A DNA stretch of 64,000 nt from Mobula hypostoma (lineage: Eukaryota). The notes under the pieces were generated by a model. The model was not told the DNA's origin. It saw only the letters and a list, made by a program, of their open reading frames with translations, and did not search any database. The stretch is taken from NCBI RefSeq assembly GCF_963921235.1, contig NC_086106.1:21638001-21702000 (forward strand), in the 5' to 3' direction. Positions 1 to 12,985 of the stretch are shown here, in pieces. How positions within the stretch are numbered: the first letter of the stretch is position 1; each line of letters begins with the position of its first letter. Both the position numbers and the translations under genes were made by a program.

Positions 1-500
1 GACGTTGTGGAAAGTACTTGCAAAGATATTGTTTCGATTAGAGGGCATTTGGTAGTGCAAGAGATTGGATAAAGGTTGGTTGTTTTATCTGGAGTGACAG
101 AGGCTGAAGGGAGATGAATAGACATGTATAAGTTTATGAAAAGCTTAGATAAGTAGGAAAACCACATATTTTTCCCTGGTTTGAATTGTCGAATACCCCT
201 GGGCATTCATTTAACGTGGGACAGGATAATTTTCAAGGAAATGTGAGAGGCGAGTATTATCTGTTAACAGATTTTGATTATGTTTGAAATACACTGACGG
301 GTGTAGTGATAGACGCAGATGCAGGAGGGACTTCTAAGAGACGTTTAGGTTAGAACATAAATGTTAGGAAAAAAGACGGATATGGACATCGTGCCGGCAT
401 AACGGAATACTTTAGTTGTCCATTTGATTACTAATTAATTGTTTGAATAAAATATTTCGGGTAGAAGTACCTATTCCTCAAATGCACTGTTCTATGCTGA
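1..500 (+). mobile_element. Old CR1 LINE 3' fragment
   Basis: Degenerate similarity to the RT C-terminus/3'UTR of younger CR1 copies elsewhere in the window; ends in a ctgttctatg-like tail. Confidence 0.55.
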
Positions 501-1894
501 AGTAAAAATTTGAAGTTCAATAGTTATTTAACCAGACATTGATTCCCATGACACAACCTTGGGTCCAAGGTGTAAAACACAGTACCAACATTGTTGCTTT
601 TTGTTGCCTTACCTTAGTTTTCAAAAACCTCTAATCCTCTAAATTTCTAAATATTTCCTCATCTTATGCACGCTATTTATTTTTGTTTTGCCATTCTCTT
701 CCTTTATCAGACGCTCTCTATATTTCTTTTGTGTCTTTCTCTTCCTTTATCAGCTACGATTACTTAATTGATCTATGATCAAACAGAATATGCTCAACAA
801 AACAGTCGCGTATGCATTCTATAACTTCTACTTCTTGGGATGCAGTTCCAACCTGGTTTTGGCAATCTATCTGCATATTGAAATACCCCATGACTATCGT
901 AACACTGCCGATTTTACATGCCATTAATATATCCCGTTCTCATTTGCCCACCATCGTGGCTACTTTTCGGAGGCTATACTGCCATCAGGGTATTTTTACC
1001 CTTGCAATTTCTTAACCAGATCCATAAGGATTCTTGATCCTATGACAACTCGTCAGAAGGATTTCATGCTGAAAGTTATACCTGCCCTTAACAATGTACA
1101 ATCATTGTTGTCAAACACAATGCTGTCTCTGCGTAGGCAACTGTACAATTGGAACCACTTTCCAATATCGATATTCGGCGGTTTTTTACTTCTCAGATTA
1201 TGTAGTGGAGTGGTTGTGGAGACATGGTGTTAAGATCTCAGACAAAATCATGAATCAAAAAGTTGAGTATAGTGCGACAGGTGTCCTGAGATGCGTAAAC
1301 GTCATTGCACACAATATCGTTGGAACGCCTTCGATTATAGTATTCAAGTTATTAGTGAGACTTGATTGAAGAAGGGCATAACTGGCAGCTCCCTGGACGG
1401 GGAGGGGAATTAAAGGAGGACGGGTGGTTACTATATAGGGAAAATGACAGGAAGGACTGGATAACTTGTCAGGTGAGGCGTTATGGGTGGGATTGAGTAA
1501 TAATAAACATATAAACACGTTAACGTGGTAAATTACAAACAACCCAACAGTCCGAAGAGTTTAGAGTAACACGTTTGCTAGGAGAACGCGGACAGTTGCA
1601 AGACAATAAAATAAACAATCCTGTTATAGAAAGTGACTTTATTTTTAGTGCATGCTGGCTGCAATTCCGATAATTTAAATGTATTATATGGGATATAATT
1701 TGTCAAATATGTTCAGAAAAAAAATGTTTATTTAATCAGTACTTTCAAGTGCCAACGAGAAAGGGTGCGATACTTTATCTGACATGGAATGTGATAGGAA
1801 GGTGACGGAAGTAACTTTAGAGGATCACTTTGTACGTAGTGTTCACAATCCCGTTAGCTTCAAAATAAACGTGCAAGCCGATAGTTCTGGTCAC

Positions 1895-2393
1895 CTCACT
1901 ATAGGAAGGATGTGGAAGCATTGGAAAGGGTACAGAGGAGATTTACCAGGATGCTGCCTGGTTTAGAAAGTATGCATTATGATCAGAGATTAAGGGAGCT
2001 TGGGCTTTATTCTTTGGAGAGAAGGAGGATGAGAGAGACATGATAGAGGTGTACAAGATATTAAGAGGAATAGATAGAGTGGATAGCCAGCGCTTCTTCC
2101 CCAGGGCACCACTGCTCAATTGGGCAAGAGGACATGGCTTTAAGGTAAGGGGTGGGAAGTTCAAGGGGGATATTAGGGGAAGGTTTTTAACTCAGAGAGT
2201 GGTTGTTGCGTGGAATGCACTGCCTGAGTAAGTGGTGGAGTCAGATACACTAGTGAAGTTTAAGAGACTACTAGACAGGTATATGGAGGAATCTAAGGTG
2301 TGCGCTTATATGGGAGGCACGGTTTGAGGGTTGGCAAAACATTATGGGCCGAAGTGCCTGTACTGTGCTGTACTATTCTATGTTCTATGTTCT
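1895..2393 (+). mobile_element. CR1 LINE 3' end (RT C-terminus and 3'UTR)
   Basis: ORF 2040-2231 MIEVYKILRGIDRVDSQRFFP...RGHGFK is the CR1 ORF2 C-terminus; ends in the (ttctatg)n tail. Confidence 0.9.
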
Positions 2394-5060
2394 ATACCTG
2401 TCTAGTAATTTCTTAAACTTCACTAGTGTATCTGCCTCCACCACTGACTCAGGCAGTGCATTCCAGGCAGCAAACACTCTCTGAGTAAAAAACCTTCCTC
2501 TAATATCCCCTTGAACTTCCCACCCCTTACCTTAAAGCCATGTCCTCTTGTATTGTGCAGTGGTGCGCTGGGGAACAGGCGCTGGCTATCCACTCTATCT
2601 ATTCCTCTTATTATCTTGTACACCTCTATCATGTCTCTTCTCACCCTCCTTCTCTCCAAAGAGTAAAGCCCCTGTTCCCTTAATCTCTGATCATAATGCA
2701 TATTTTCTAAACCAGGCAGCATCCTGGTAAATCTCCTCTGTACCCTTTCCAATTCTTCCACATCCTTCCTATACCGAGGTGACCAGAACAGGACACAGTA
2801 CTCTAAATGTGGCCTAACCAGATTTTTATAGAGCTGAATCATTACATCGCGATTTTTAAACTCTATCCCTCGACGTATGAAAGCTAACACCCCATGAGCT
2901 TTCTTAACTAACCTATCCACCTGTGAGGCGACTTTCAGGGATATGTCGACATGCAACCCGAGATCCCTCTGCTTCTCCACACTACCAAGTATCCTGCCAT
3001 TTACCTTGTACTCTGCCTATGGTTTGTCCTTCCAAAGTGTAACACCTCACACCTCTCTGGGTTGAACTCCATCTGCCACCATGCAGCCCACTTCTGCATC
3101 CTATCAATGTTTCTGTACAATCTTTGGCACTCTTCTACACTATCTACAACACCACTAACCTTTGTGTCGTCTGCAAACTTGCCAACCCCCCCTTCTACCC
3201 CCAAATCCAGGTCGTTAATTAAAATCACGAAACTTAGTGGTCCCGGAACAGATGCTTGTGGGACACCACCAGTCACAATCCTCCAATCTGAATGTTCTCT
3301 CTCTACCACCACCCTCTGTCTTGGGCAGGCAACCCAATTCTGAATCTCCCTGGCCAAACGTCCCTGGATCCCATGCCTTCTAATTTTCTGAATAGACCTA
3401 CGGTGTGGAACCTTCTCAAATGCCTTGCTAGAATCTATATAGATCACATCCACTACAGTACCCTCATCTATACGCCTGTTCACCTCCTCAAATAACTCTA
3501 TCTGGCCTGTTAGACACGATCTGCCCTTCACAAAGCCATGCTGACTGTCTCTGATGAGACCATGATTCTCTAAATGCCTGTGATCCTATCTCTAAGAATC
3601 TTTTCCAACAGCTCTTCCCACCACAGACGTAATTACCCGGACAATCCCTACTACCTTTTTTTGAACAAGGGGACAACTTTCACTTCCCTCCAATCCTCCG
3701 GTACCATTCCCGTGGACAACAGGACATAAAGATCCTATCTCGATGCACAGCAATCTCTTCTCTCGCCTTCTGGAGCAGCCTGGGGAATATTCCTCAGGCC
3801 CCGGGCATTTATCTGTCCTAATGTATTTTAACAACTCCAACACAACCTCTCCCTTAATATCAACATGCTCCAGAACATCAACTTCACTCATATTGTCCTC
3901 ACCATCATCAAGTTCCCTCTCATTGGTGAGTACCGAAGAAAAATATTCATTGAGGACCTCGCTCATTTCCACAGCGTCCAGGCACATCTTCCCACCTTTG
4001 TCTCTAATCGGTCCTAACATCACTCCTGTCATCCTTTTTTTGTTCACATAATTGAGGAATACATTAGGGTTTTCCTTTCAGTTGTTCGTCCATCGTTGAC
4101 GTCGATGAGGACCTCGTACCATAATGATGGTGTCGAGATTAGTGCGTGATTTGGATATAAGTGAGGGAGAGTTGCGCAGCGTCAGCTTCACTCTTTCCTC
4201 CCAATTCCCATCTGGGTCCAGTGGCAAGACAGAGTCTAGACGGCTGGTGATGGGACTCGGCGCAGTGGATGACCAGGACGTCTCCTGTCTCTTGTCCTGC
4301 TCTACACGGTCCACGACGCTTGCAGCGACCGCCTTCTTGACCGTTGGACCTTCCATTGGTCTCGTCCGCTCAATCCGCCGGAGTCTGTCCTCACATGCTG
4401 GGATAGACAACTCCCTATCACACCGAGGGCTCGAGACCCGTCTGCTACCCTCACTTGGTTTAACCGGCTTGTCGAAGCCGTTGCCCTGGCTGTGGCCGCT
4501 GTCGCATGCAAACAGCTACAGGGAGCCACAGGTGAGAGATGAGTGCCAGGTGGGGACCAAACGTGGACTAACCACCCTGAAAAGGACGCGACATGTACCC
4601 CCACTAGAAGTGCTACCCTACCCTGACACCCCATATACCCCAGGGTTTTCCTTTACCTTACACACCAAGGCATGGCCTTCTCATGCCTCCTTCTTGCTCT
4701 TCTCAGACCCTTCTTAAGCTCCGTTCTTGCTTCCCTATATTCCTCAATAGACCCATCAGATCCTTGCTTCCTAAAGCTCATGTATGCTGCCTTCTTCCAC
4801 CTGACTAGATTTTCAACCTCACTTGTCACCCCATGGTTTCTTCACTCTACCATTCTTTATCTTCCTCACCGGTACAAAATTATCCCTAACATCCCGCAAG
4901 ACATCGCTAAACATCGGCCACATGTATATAGTACATTTCCCTGCAAAAGCACCATCCCAATTCACACCCGCTGCTCTTTCTGAGCAGCATCTTTCAATTA
5001 CGAATGACCCCACCCATAGTCAATATTCTTCAGATATTTTCTGCCTGATGTCAGTGGTCC
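2394..5060 (-). mobile_element. CR1 LINE ORF2 (endonuclease-RT), frameshifted, with a nested insert at 4080-4641
   Basis: ORFs 2423-2980, 3001-3531 (GVPQASVPGP, KFADD) and 3592-4047 are CR1 RT pieces. Confidence 0.92.
4080..4641 (-). mobile_element. RTE-like SINE/5'UTR insertion inside CR1
   Basis: Unrelated 560-bp block flanked by a ~13-bp target-site duplication AGGGTTTT(T)CCTTT; CR1 resumes on both sides. The RTE assignment is from recalled resemblance only. Confidence 0.6.
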
Positions 5061-5077
5061 AAGTCTTATGATAGAGC

Positions 5078-8000
5078 ATATAGAACATAAAACATAGAAC
5101 ATAGAATAGTACAGCGGATTACAGGCCCTTTGGCCCACAATTTTATACGACCCTCAAACCCTGCCTCTCATATAACCCCCTCCATAAATTCCTCCATATA
5201 TCTGTCTAGTAGTGTTTTAAACTTCACTAGTGTTTCTGCCTCCACCACTGACTCAGCAGTACATTCCTCGCACCGACCACTCTCTGATGAAAAAAAAAAC
5301 TTCCTCTACTATCACCCTTGAACTTCCCACACCTTACGTTAAAGCGATGTCCTTGAGCAGTGGCGCCATGGGGAAGAGGCGCTGGCTGTCCACTACATCT
5401 CTTCCTCTTCTTATCTTGTACACCTCTATCGTGCCTCCTGTCATCCTCCTTCTCTCCAAAGGGTAAAGCCCGAGCGCCCTTAATCTATGATCATAATGCA
5501 TACTTTCTAAAGCAGGCAGCATCCTGGTAAAATTGCTCTGTACCCTTTCCAATGGTTCCACATTCTTCCTATAGTGAGGCGTCCAGAATTGGACACAGTA
5601 CTACAGGAGTGGCTTAACCAGAGTTTTATAGAGCTGCATTATTACATCTCGACTCTTAAACTCTGTCCCTCGACTTACGAAAGCTAACACCCCATAAGCT
5701 TTCTTAACTACCCCATCCACCTGTGAGGCAACTTTCAGGGATCTGTGGACATGTACCCCGAGACCCCTCTGCTCCTCCAGACTACCATGTATCCTGCTAT
5801 TTACTGTGTTCTTTACCTTGGAGTTTGTCCTCCTAATCTGTACCAGCTCACCCTTCTCTGGGTTGAACTCCATCTGCCACTTCTCAACCCACTTCTGCAT
5901 CCCATCAATGTCTCTCTCTAATCCTGGACAGTCCTCTACACTATCTACAACACCACCAACCATTGGGTCGTCTGTAATCTTGCCAACCAATCCATCTGCC
6001 CCCACATCCAAGTCGCTAATAAAAATTACGAAAATTAGACGTCCCAGAACAGATCCTTTTGGGTCAGCAGCAGTCACAATCGTCCAATCTGAATGTACTC
6101 CTTCCACTACGACCCACAGCCTTCTAGGGGCAAGCTAATTCTGAATCCACCTGGCCAACTTCCCTGGATCCCATGCCTTCTTACTTTCTGAATAAGCCTA
6201 CCGTGTGGAACTTTCTCAAATCCCTTACTAAAATACATATAGGTCACATCCACTGCACTACCCTCATCTATATGTCTGGTCACCTCCTCAAAGAACTCGA
6301 TAGACTTGCTAGACAGGATCTGCTCTTCACAAATCGATGCTGACTGTCCCTCATCAGACCAGGATTAGTTAAGTGTCCATAGATCCTATCTCTAAGAATC
6401 TTTTCCAACAATTCTCCGAACACAGACGTAAGGCTCTGTGGTCTATAAATACCCGGTCTATTCCCACTACCTTTTATGAACAAAGGGACAACATCCGCCT
6501 GCCTCCAGTCCTCCGGTACCATTCCTGTGGACAACGAGAACAGAAAGATCTTCGCCAGAGGTTCAGCAATCTCTCCCCTTGCCACGTGGAGAAGCCTGGG
6601 GAATATTCGGTCAGGCCCCGGGGACTTATCTGTCCTAATGTATTTTAACAAATCCAACAGCTCTTCTCCCTTAATATCAGCATGCTCCAGGACATCAACC
6701 TCACACATATCGTCCTCACCATCATCAAGTTCCCTGTCATTGGTGAAAACCGAAGAGAAGTATTCATTGAGGAACTCGCTCACTTCCACAGCCTCCAGAC
6801 ACGTCTTTCCACCTTTATCTCTAATCGGTCCTACCTTCACTACTGTCATACTTTTGTTCCTTACATAATTGAAAATAGCCTTGGGGTTTTCCTTTAACCC
6901 AGTCACCAAGGCCTCCTGATGCCCCCTTCTTGTTCTTCTCATCCCCTTCTTAAGCTCCTCTCTTGCTTACCTATATTCCTCAATAGACCCATCTGAGCCT
7001 TGCCTCCTAAACCTCATGTATGCTGCCCTCTTCCACCTGACTAGATTTTCCACCTCACTTGTCACCCATGGTTCCGTCACCCATGGTTCCTTCACCCTAC
7101 CATTCTTTATCTTCCTCACCGGGAAATATGTATCCGTATCATCCTGCAAGAGATCTCTAAGCATTGACCACATGTCCATAGTACACTTCCCTGCAAAAAA
7201 ACATTATCCCAGTTCACACCCGCAAGTTCCAGCCTTATACCCTCATAATTTGCCCTTCCCCATTTTTTTTCCTGTCCTATCTGATTCTATCCTTTTACAT
7301 TATAATGCTAAACGCCCGGGAGCGGTGGTCACTGTCCTCCAGATGCTCGCCCACTGAGAGATCTGTGACCTGACCCGGTTCATTACCTCGCACTAGATCT
7401 CGGCCTGTCCACATAATGTGACAGGTATCCGTCCTGGACAAACTTAACAAACTCTGCCCCATCGAAACCCTTGGAAATAATCGGGTGTCAATCAACATTA
7501 GGGAAATTAAAGTCACCCATGATAACAGCCCTGTTATTTTTGCATCTTTACAAAATCTGCCTCCCATCTGCTCCTCTGTGTCTCTGCTGCTACCAGGGAG
7601 CCGATAGAATACCCCCAATAGAGTAACTGCTCCTTTCCTGTTCCTGACTTCCACACATACTGACTCAAAAGAGGATCCTGCTACATTATCTACCCTTTTT
7701 GTAGCTGTATTAGTATCCATGATCAGTAATACCACACCTCCTCCTTCCCCCTCCCCACGCACATCCCTTTGAAAGTACCGAAATCCAGGAATATTCAGAA
7801 TCCATTCCCGTCCTGTTACCTGCCAAGTCTCTGTAATGGCCACTACATCATAATTGCATGTATTTATCCAAGATTTCAGTTCAATACCTTTGTTCCTGAG
7901 GCCTCCTGCATTGATACACACACTTCAGCACTTCTACATTACTACCTTTACACCGTTTATTCTGCTTCTCCTTCCTCAAAGCCTCTCTATATCTTAGATA

Positions 8001-8510
8001 CGGCATTACTCCATGCACTTCTTTCACTGTTGTATCGGTCCGCGTCCCATCCCCCTTGAAAATTAGTTAGCTAGCAAACCTACCTGCAAGCATATTGTTT
8101 CCCCCTCGAGTTCGGGTGCAACCCATCCAATCTGTACAGCTCCCAGCTTCCCCGGAATATATCCCAATGATCCAAAAATCCAAAACCTGCTCCCTGCACC
8201 AACTCCTCAGGCACGCTTTATAACTGCCATCTCCTCCAATTGCTACCATTACTAAACGCCACACTTTAGGTCCTGTTCTTCAGCCTTCTGCCTAGTTCCC
8301 GAAACTCTCAATTCAGAACCTCATCTCCCTTCCTGCCTATGTCGTTGGTACCAACATGTATCACGACTTCTTATTGATTTCCCTCTCGTACCAGGATGCC
8401 GTGCACCCGGTCAGAGACATCCAGGACTCTGGCACCCGCGAGGCAACAGACCATGCAGTTGTCCTCTCACGTCCACAAAATCTCCTGTCTGCAGCCCTGA
8501 CTATAGTAAA
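5078..8510 (-). mobile_element. CR1 LINE, long 5'-truncated copy (ORF2 plus part of ORF1)
   Basis: (atagaac)n tail at ~5080; RT ORFs 5601-6107 and 6280-6942; APE endonuclease ORF 7295-7921 (CINAGGLRNK, VAITETW, SDH). Confidence 0.92.
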
Positions 8511-8519
8511 CACAAAATA

Positions 8520-9095
8520 ATCAGCAGGTCCTGAAGTGTGAGTTTCGGGAACTAGGCATATCAGCCGCATCTCCTCCATTTCCTGCACTTCGGCCTTCAC
8601 CTCATCCTCCCGCAACCACAACAGGGACAGATTCCCCTTGTTCTTACCTGCCACTCCACCACCCTCCGGATCCAGCATATTATCCTACGCAACCTCTGCC
8701 ACATTCAACAGGACCCCACCACTAAGCACATATTTCCCTTTCCACCCCTCTCCGCTTTCCGCAGGGATCGGTTCCTCCACACATCCATTCCCACTGATCT
8801 CCCACCCGGCATTCTCCCTGTAAGCGTAAGTGCTACGCCTGTCCCTACACCTCATCTGTGGCAACCATTTAGGGACCCAAACAGTCCTTCCAGGTGAGAC
8901 GGCACTTCATTTGTGAGTCTGTTGGGATCATCTATTGCATCCGGTGCTCCCAGTGCGGCCACCTCTACATCGATGAAACCCGACGCAGATTGGGGGACCG
9001 CTTCGTCGAGCACCTCGACCGTGTCCACCACAACAGACAGGATCCCCCGGTAGCCACCCACTTCAACTTTGCTTCCCATTCCATTTAGTTATGTC
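8520..9095 (+). mobile_element. Penelope-like element, GIY-YIG endonuclease fragment
   Basis: ORF 8894-9088 GIIYCIRCSQCGHLYIDETRRRLGDRFVEH...PVATHFN matches the PLE GIY-YIG domain. Confidence 0.85.
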
Positions 9096-9739
9096 CAGAC
9101 ATGGATTTAAAACTAAAACACACAAATGCATGCGGGTAATTATTTCCTGGGAAAATCTTATTGTGCCCCATTTGCCTCGAAGAGGCAAACGTGTGGTGTT
9201 ACATCTCCTGTTCATTCATAGAAAGTGATGTAAGAAATATATATATATCATCGCTGGTATTGTTTATCTGTACCTTTCGAATAATCCACTTCAGTGTGTA
9301 AACATCAATTAATCATGCAGGCTGAATAAGGAACAAAGTGAGGGAAGAATGTTAATGACACGCAGGTACCTGCAGTTCAGAAGCTGACCTGGGAGCGAAC
9401 ATTGTTCAGTCCACATCAATTCATTGGTTACATTTTATGGAATCTCAAAATAGAGTACTTTTAAAGCAGTGAATCAAACCCAGAGCGCAGCGGTGAGACC
9501 ATAAATTTATAGCCAAAAGGTAAGCAGGGGATATACTTTAGTATCCCGGATAATCACTGAACAATAGGCCTTTCCTATATTCACAAATTATAAGTTGGAG
9601 CCTTTTGTCCCCAGTCAAATCATCCATGGTAGTCCGGTGTTTCTTTCAAGTAAAGACGGTGCCTAATACTGGCAGAGAGACAAGTTGTTGAATCAGTGGC
9701 AATTAACTGCTAAGCGTTTATCCATTCCTATCACCACTC

Positions 9740-9960
9740 ACAGACTACAGCATGGCGGTATCACGGCCTCCTTCCCTTTCGCAGCGTCGGAGTTCGAAAG
9801 AAAATCCAGTCCAGTACAAATAAGAGAGTAACTTCATTTCCATGTGTGCAAAGGATTCCACCCGGTTCCCCGTTTTCTGCCACAGTCCAAATGCTTACCA
9901 GTGAGTACCGATAATTGTAAACTGTCCCGTAAATAAGCTAGAGTTAAATCTGCGGATCAG
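9740..9960 (+). mobile_element. Degenerate tRNA-derived SINE (HE1/V-SINE-like)
   Basis: B-box-like GGAGTTCGAA and the core ggattccacccggttccccgttttctgccacagtccaaa. Confidence 0.5.
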
Positions 9961-10640
9961 GAGTGCAGAGGGACTTAGCAGTCCTCGTGCAAGACTCCCA
10001 GAAAGTTAATTTGCAGGTTGAGTCTGTGGTAAAGAAGGCGAATGTAATATTCACATTTATTTCTAATAGAATAGAATATAAAAGCACCGTCAATATACTG
10101 AGATTTTACAAGACACTCGTCAGGACGCACTTAGAGTGCTGTTAGCAGTTCCCATATCTGAGGCAGGAAATTTGGTCATTGGAAAGAGCCCAGAAGAGGT
10201 TTAGGAATGAACATATGAGCAGCGTTTGGCAGCTTTGGACCTATAATCACTGGAATTTCAAGGAATGAGGATGGATCTTATTGAAACCACACGATTGGGT
10301 GGGTATGGAGAGGGTGATTCCCATGATGCGTCTATTCCGAACGAGAGAACACAGCCATCAAAACTGAGGGGCGGACATTTAGAACAAAGGTAAAGAGCGA
10401 CAACTCAGGGGCGAGCATTGAGAACAAAGCTAATGCCACCGACTGCTGTGGAAGGCAAGTACATGCGTATATTTAGGGCGGAAGTAAATCTTTTCTAATC
10501 CTTCTGGGAGTCAAAAGATATCACGACAAGGCAGGTGCATGGTGTTGAGTGGCATGCGGGATCAGCCCTGATGTGTGGCGGACTAGCATCGATGGGCTAA
10601 ATAGCCTAATTACGCTCCTATGTCTTATGGATTTATGGTA
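9960..10640 (+). mobile_element. Old CR1 3' fragment
   Basis: ORF 9963-10145 QRDLAVLVQDSQKVNLQVESVVKKAN...LVRTHLECC; ends in an atgtcttatgg tail. Confidence 0.8.
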
Positions 10641-12389
10641 GATTGTCGGGTAGTGTGGTACATAGGGCAGGAAGAGAGTGTTTCACGTTGTATTTATATT
10701 TAAATAAGTAAATAAATAACATTCACGGTTGGGAAATTCGTAAGTTTCCAAGATAGTTACGTTCTATCAATGCCGTTATTCAAAAGCAATGATGCGGCAT
10801 GAAATAACACTGGCACTGCAAATATCCCGACACCAGCCCGGACTTAACTGTGCAGGAAACTACCTGACCTCGTCAAGGAAGTCGAAAGAAATTTGAGATC
10901 GTTTAAATACTGAAATTAATGAATCGGGAATAAAACAAGTATCCAAACTCATATTGAGAAAACTTCAGTTGAGTAACACAGCATTGAACGTCTGCGCGTT
11001 CGTCCAGTGTATCTGGGACCTGCCTTCTTGATTTCCTTTTAATGAGATGAAATTGCGGTACATTTACCCTGGTCTGATTCAAACCAAACTGCCTCATGTG
11101 CGGTGAACAATCTCAAATAGCCCCATAAGGACTGGATACATGAAAGAGCTCTGCACAAATTTTGATCGTTTTAAAAAATCCAATTCGCCTTCATACCTGC
11201 GGCCTCTTATCCGAAGCAGTTTATGTATGTGCTATTCAACATTTTCAGCATCTGCAGAATGTCTTCTATCCAGGTTTGGTGTTTGGATAACAACAACATT
11301 TTATGATGAAACTTTAGGTAAAATAACCGATGTCAATTAGTGATAATAATATGATAGAAGTATAGCAGTCAATTAAAGGTAACTAGAAATATTTTCCTAA
11401 CGTGAATTACATTCAATGCGGACACAACAGTAGGGAAGCAAGACAATCCTCGATTTGGGTCTGCGAAATGAGCTACATTTGCTGAGGAACCTTAAGATAA
11501 CGAAACTATTCGTCGGCAGTGATGAAGATATCAGAACAAACACCCAGCAATTTGAGAGGGACAACCTGGTATTGATGCATCGCTATCAGTAAATCTAAGA
11601 ACAAATGCATGAGTGAGCAGTATGCCAGGTTTGAGGATAAGGAGATGACGGTAGGGCAGCAAGGTTTAAGTAAGCAACAAGTAGCAGAGAAAATGGAGAT
11701 TCAGCGGCCTTCAACACGATGCTGCAGAGGAGCATACCATCAAGAGGGAAGCCCGGGTATTACAAAAAAAGGTGCTAGAATTCATGGAGATTGATTAGTT
11801 TTGTGTAGAAATTCTGACTTTGGTGGTTTGTTGATGTATACATTTAATAGGTATTCGCAACTGTTCAATGGCTTCGACGTATTGGAGGATAGGGAGGGCG
11901 TGAATGCTGCGACGGCTCTTAACCCAGGATGTGCAATTCTGTAAGTTTTTGCTGCTTAAATCATTGAGCTCCGGAAGCAGTATGTACTATGTGGGGTCCT
12001 CAGCAGCCGAGAATTTCAACCTCCTGGTGTTTTCCGTGAAAGTCACCAGGCATGGGACCCATCGGACATTGGAGTAATGGATTCAGAATTCTCCTGCTCT
12101 CGGGGGGTATGGTGCTGTATTCGTTGGAAGTTATTATGCCCGGATTTCAGGCATTAGAGATGTTCCTTGGCAACTGTTTCGAGAACCTCACTCTTTGCGA
12201 TGATTTTTTTTTTTTGTTTTGTGATTTGTGTAATGATGTGGATGTGAAAGTAGAGAAAGTGCATAAATGTTGGTGGTATTGTGTACTGAGTAGAAAAGTT
12301 GTGACATGTTGCGACGGAACGTAGAGAGTATGTAGGGTTCGGTGGAGAAATGAAAGATTACTTTTAAAACGAAAAAGAAAGATTAAAAT

Positions 12390-12690
12390 TGCGAACGTTG
12401 GAAAATAGAACTTAAAGACAGAATACAACGTTACCTGGAGGATTCTTAGCCGTGCAGATGTAGAGATGGGTCTTGGCATCTGCAGCAGTAGATTTATCAT
12501 CGCTGACACTCAAGTTTATTTAAAACATTATCTAGTATGCTGTTCTTGATTGGACTGGATATTGTTTTTAAACGCCGCCAGAAGGTACCTCTGCAAAGAT
12601 CCGATGAGACAACACTAAGAGAATTGTGTTAATTTCTGATCGTCTCATTATAGAGACGATGTGAAAGGTTTCGTGAGGGAGCTCAGAAAA
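12390..12690 (-). pseudogene. Decayed I-set/C2 Ig domain B, cassette 1
   Basis: Across frameshifts reads CLIGS...FWRR...DAKTHLYICTAKNPPGNVVF; C-W ~13 codons and W-C ~41 codons; no RSS follows. Confidence 0.5.
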
Positions 12691-12771
12691 TGTGTTGTGA
12701 GGCCTCATGGATCAGAAGCTGTCTTAAAGGGAAGTTTTGGGCAAAACAGATCTTTTAGCTTTAGATCAACA

Positions 12772-12985
12772 ATAGTTCACAGTCAACTCAATAGAAGTGC
12801 GTAAGATTATGAAAGGCAAAGAAAGTACACCCCCCCCTCCCGGGGCGGTAATGGCAAAGACCAGAATTCCTCCGTTTATGGTGAATTTGCCGTTGATACC
12901 AGAAATAGTTTTTTTTCTTCAAAGAAAAATGATGGATGAATGGAAATCCATGCTGGTGATAGTAAAAGATTCAGGAGAATTTCTA
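12772..12985 (-). pseudogene. Decayed I-set/C2 Ig domain A, cassette 1
   Basis: ESFTITSMDFHSSIIFL*R...NGKFTINGGILVF...GVY.(C)FAFHNLT..TSIELTVN across frameshifts. Confidence 0.4.

Noticed and set aside
812-1080. V-like FR3 reading FTLAIS-NQIHKDS*SYDN with an upstream WFWQ
   Set aside because: Needs a frameshift and three substitutions in the YYC motif; wrong W spacing; no RSS.
3743-4051. Recurrent Ser-rich ORFs (also 6476-6868, 18091-18432, 26352-26744)
   Set aside because: Antisense frames of CR1 ORF2; their recurrence reflects the repeat.
4520-4641. Structured 5' end of the RTE-like insert (GTGTCAG/CTGGCAC stem) as an HDV-like ribozyme
   Set aside because: Hairpins are present, but I could not build the P1.1/P3/J4-2 nested pseudoknot.
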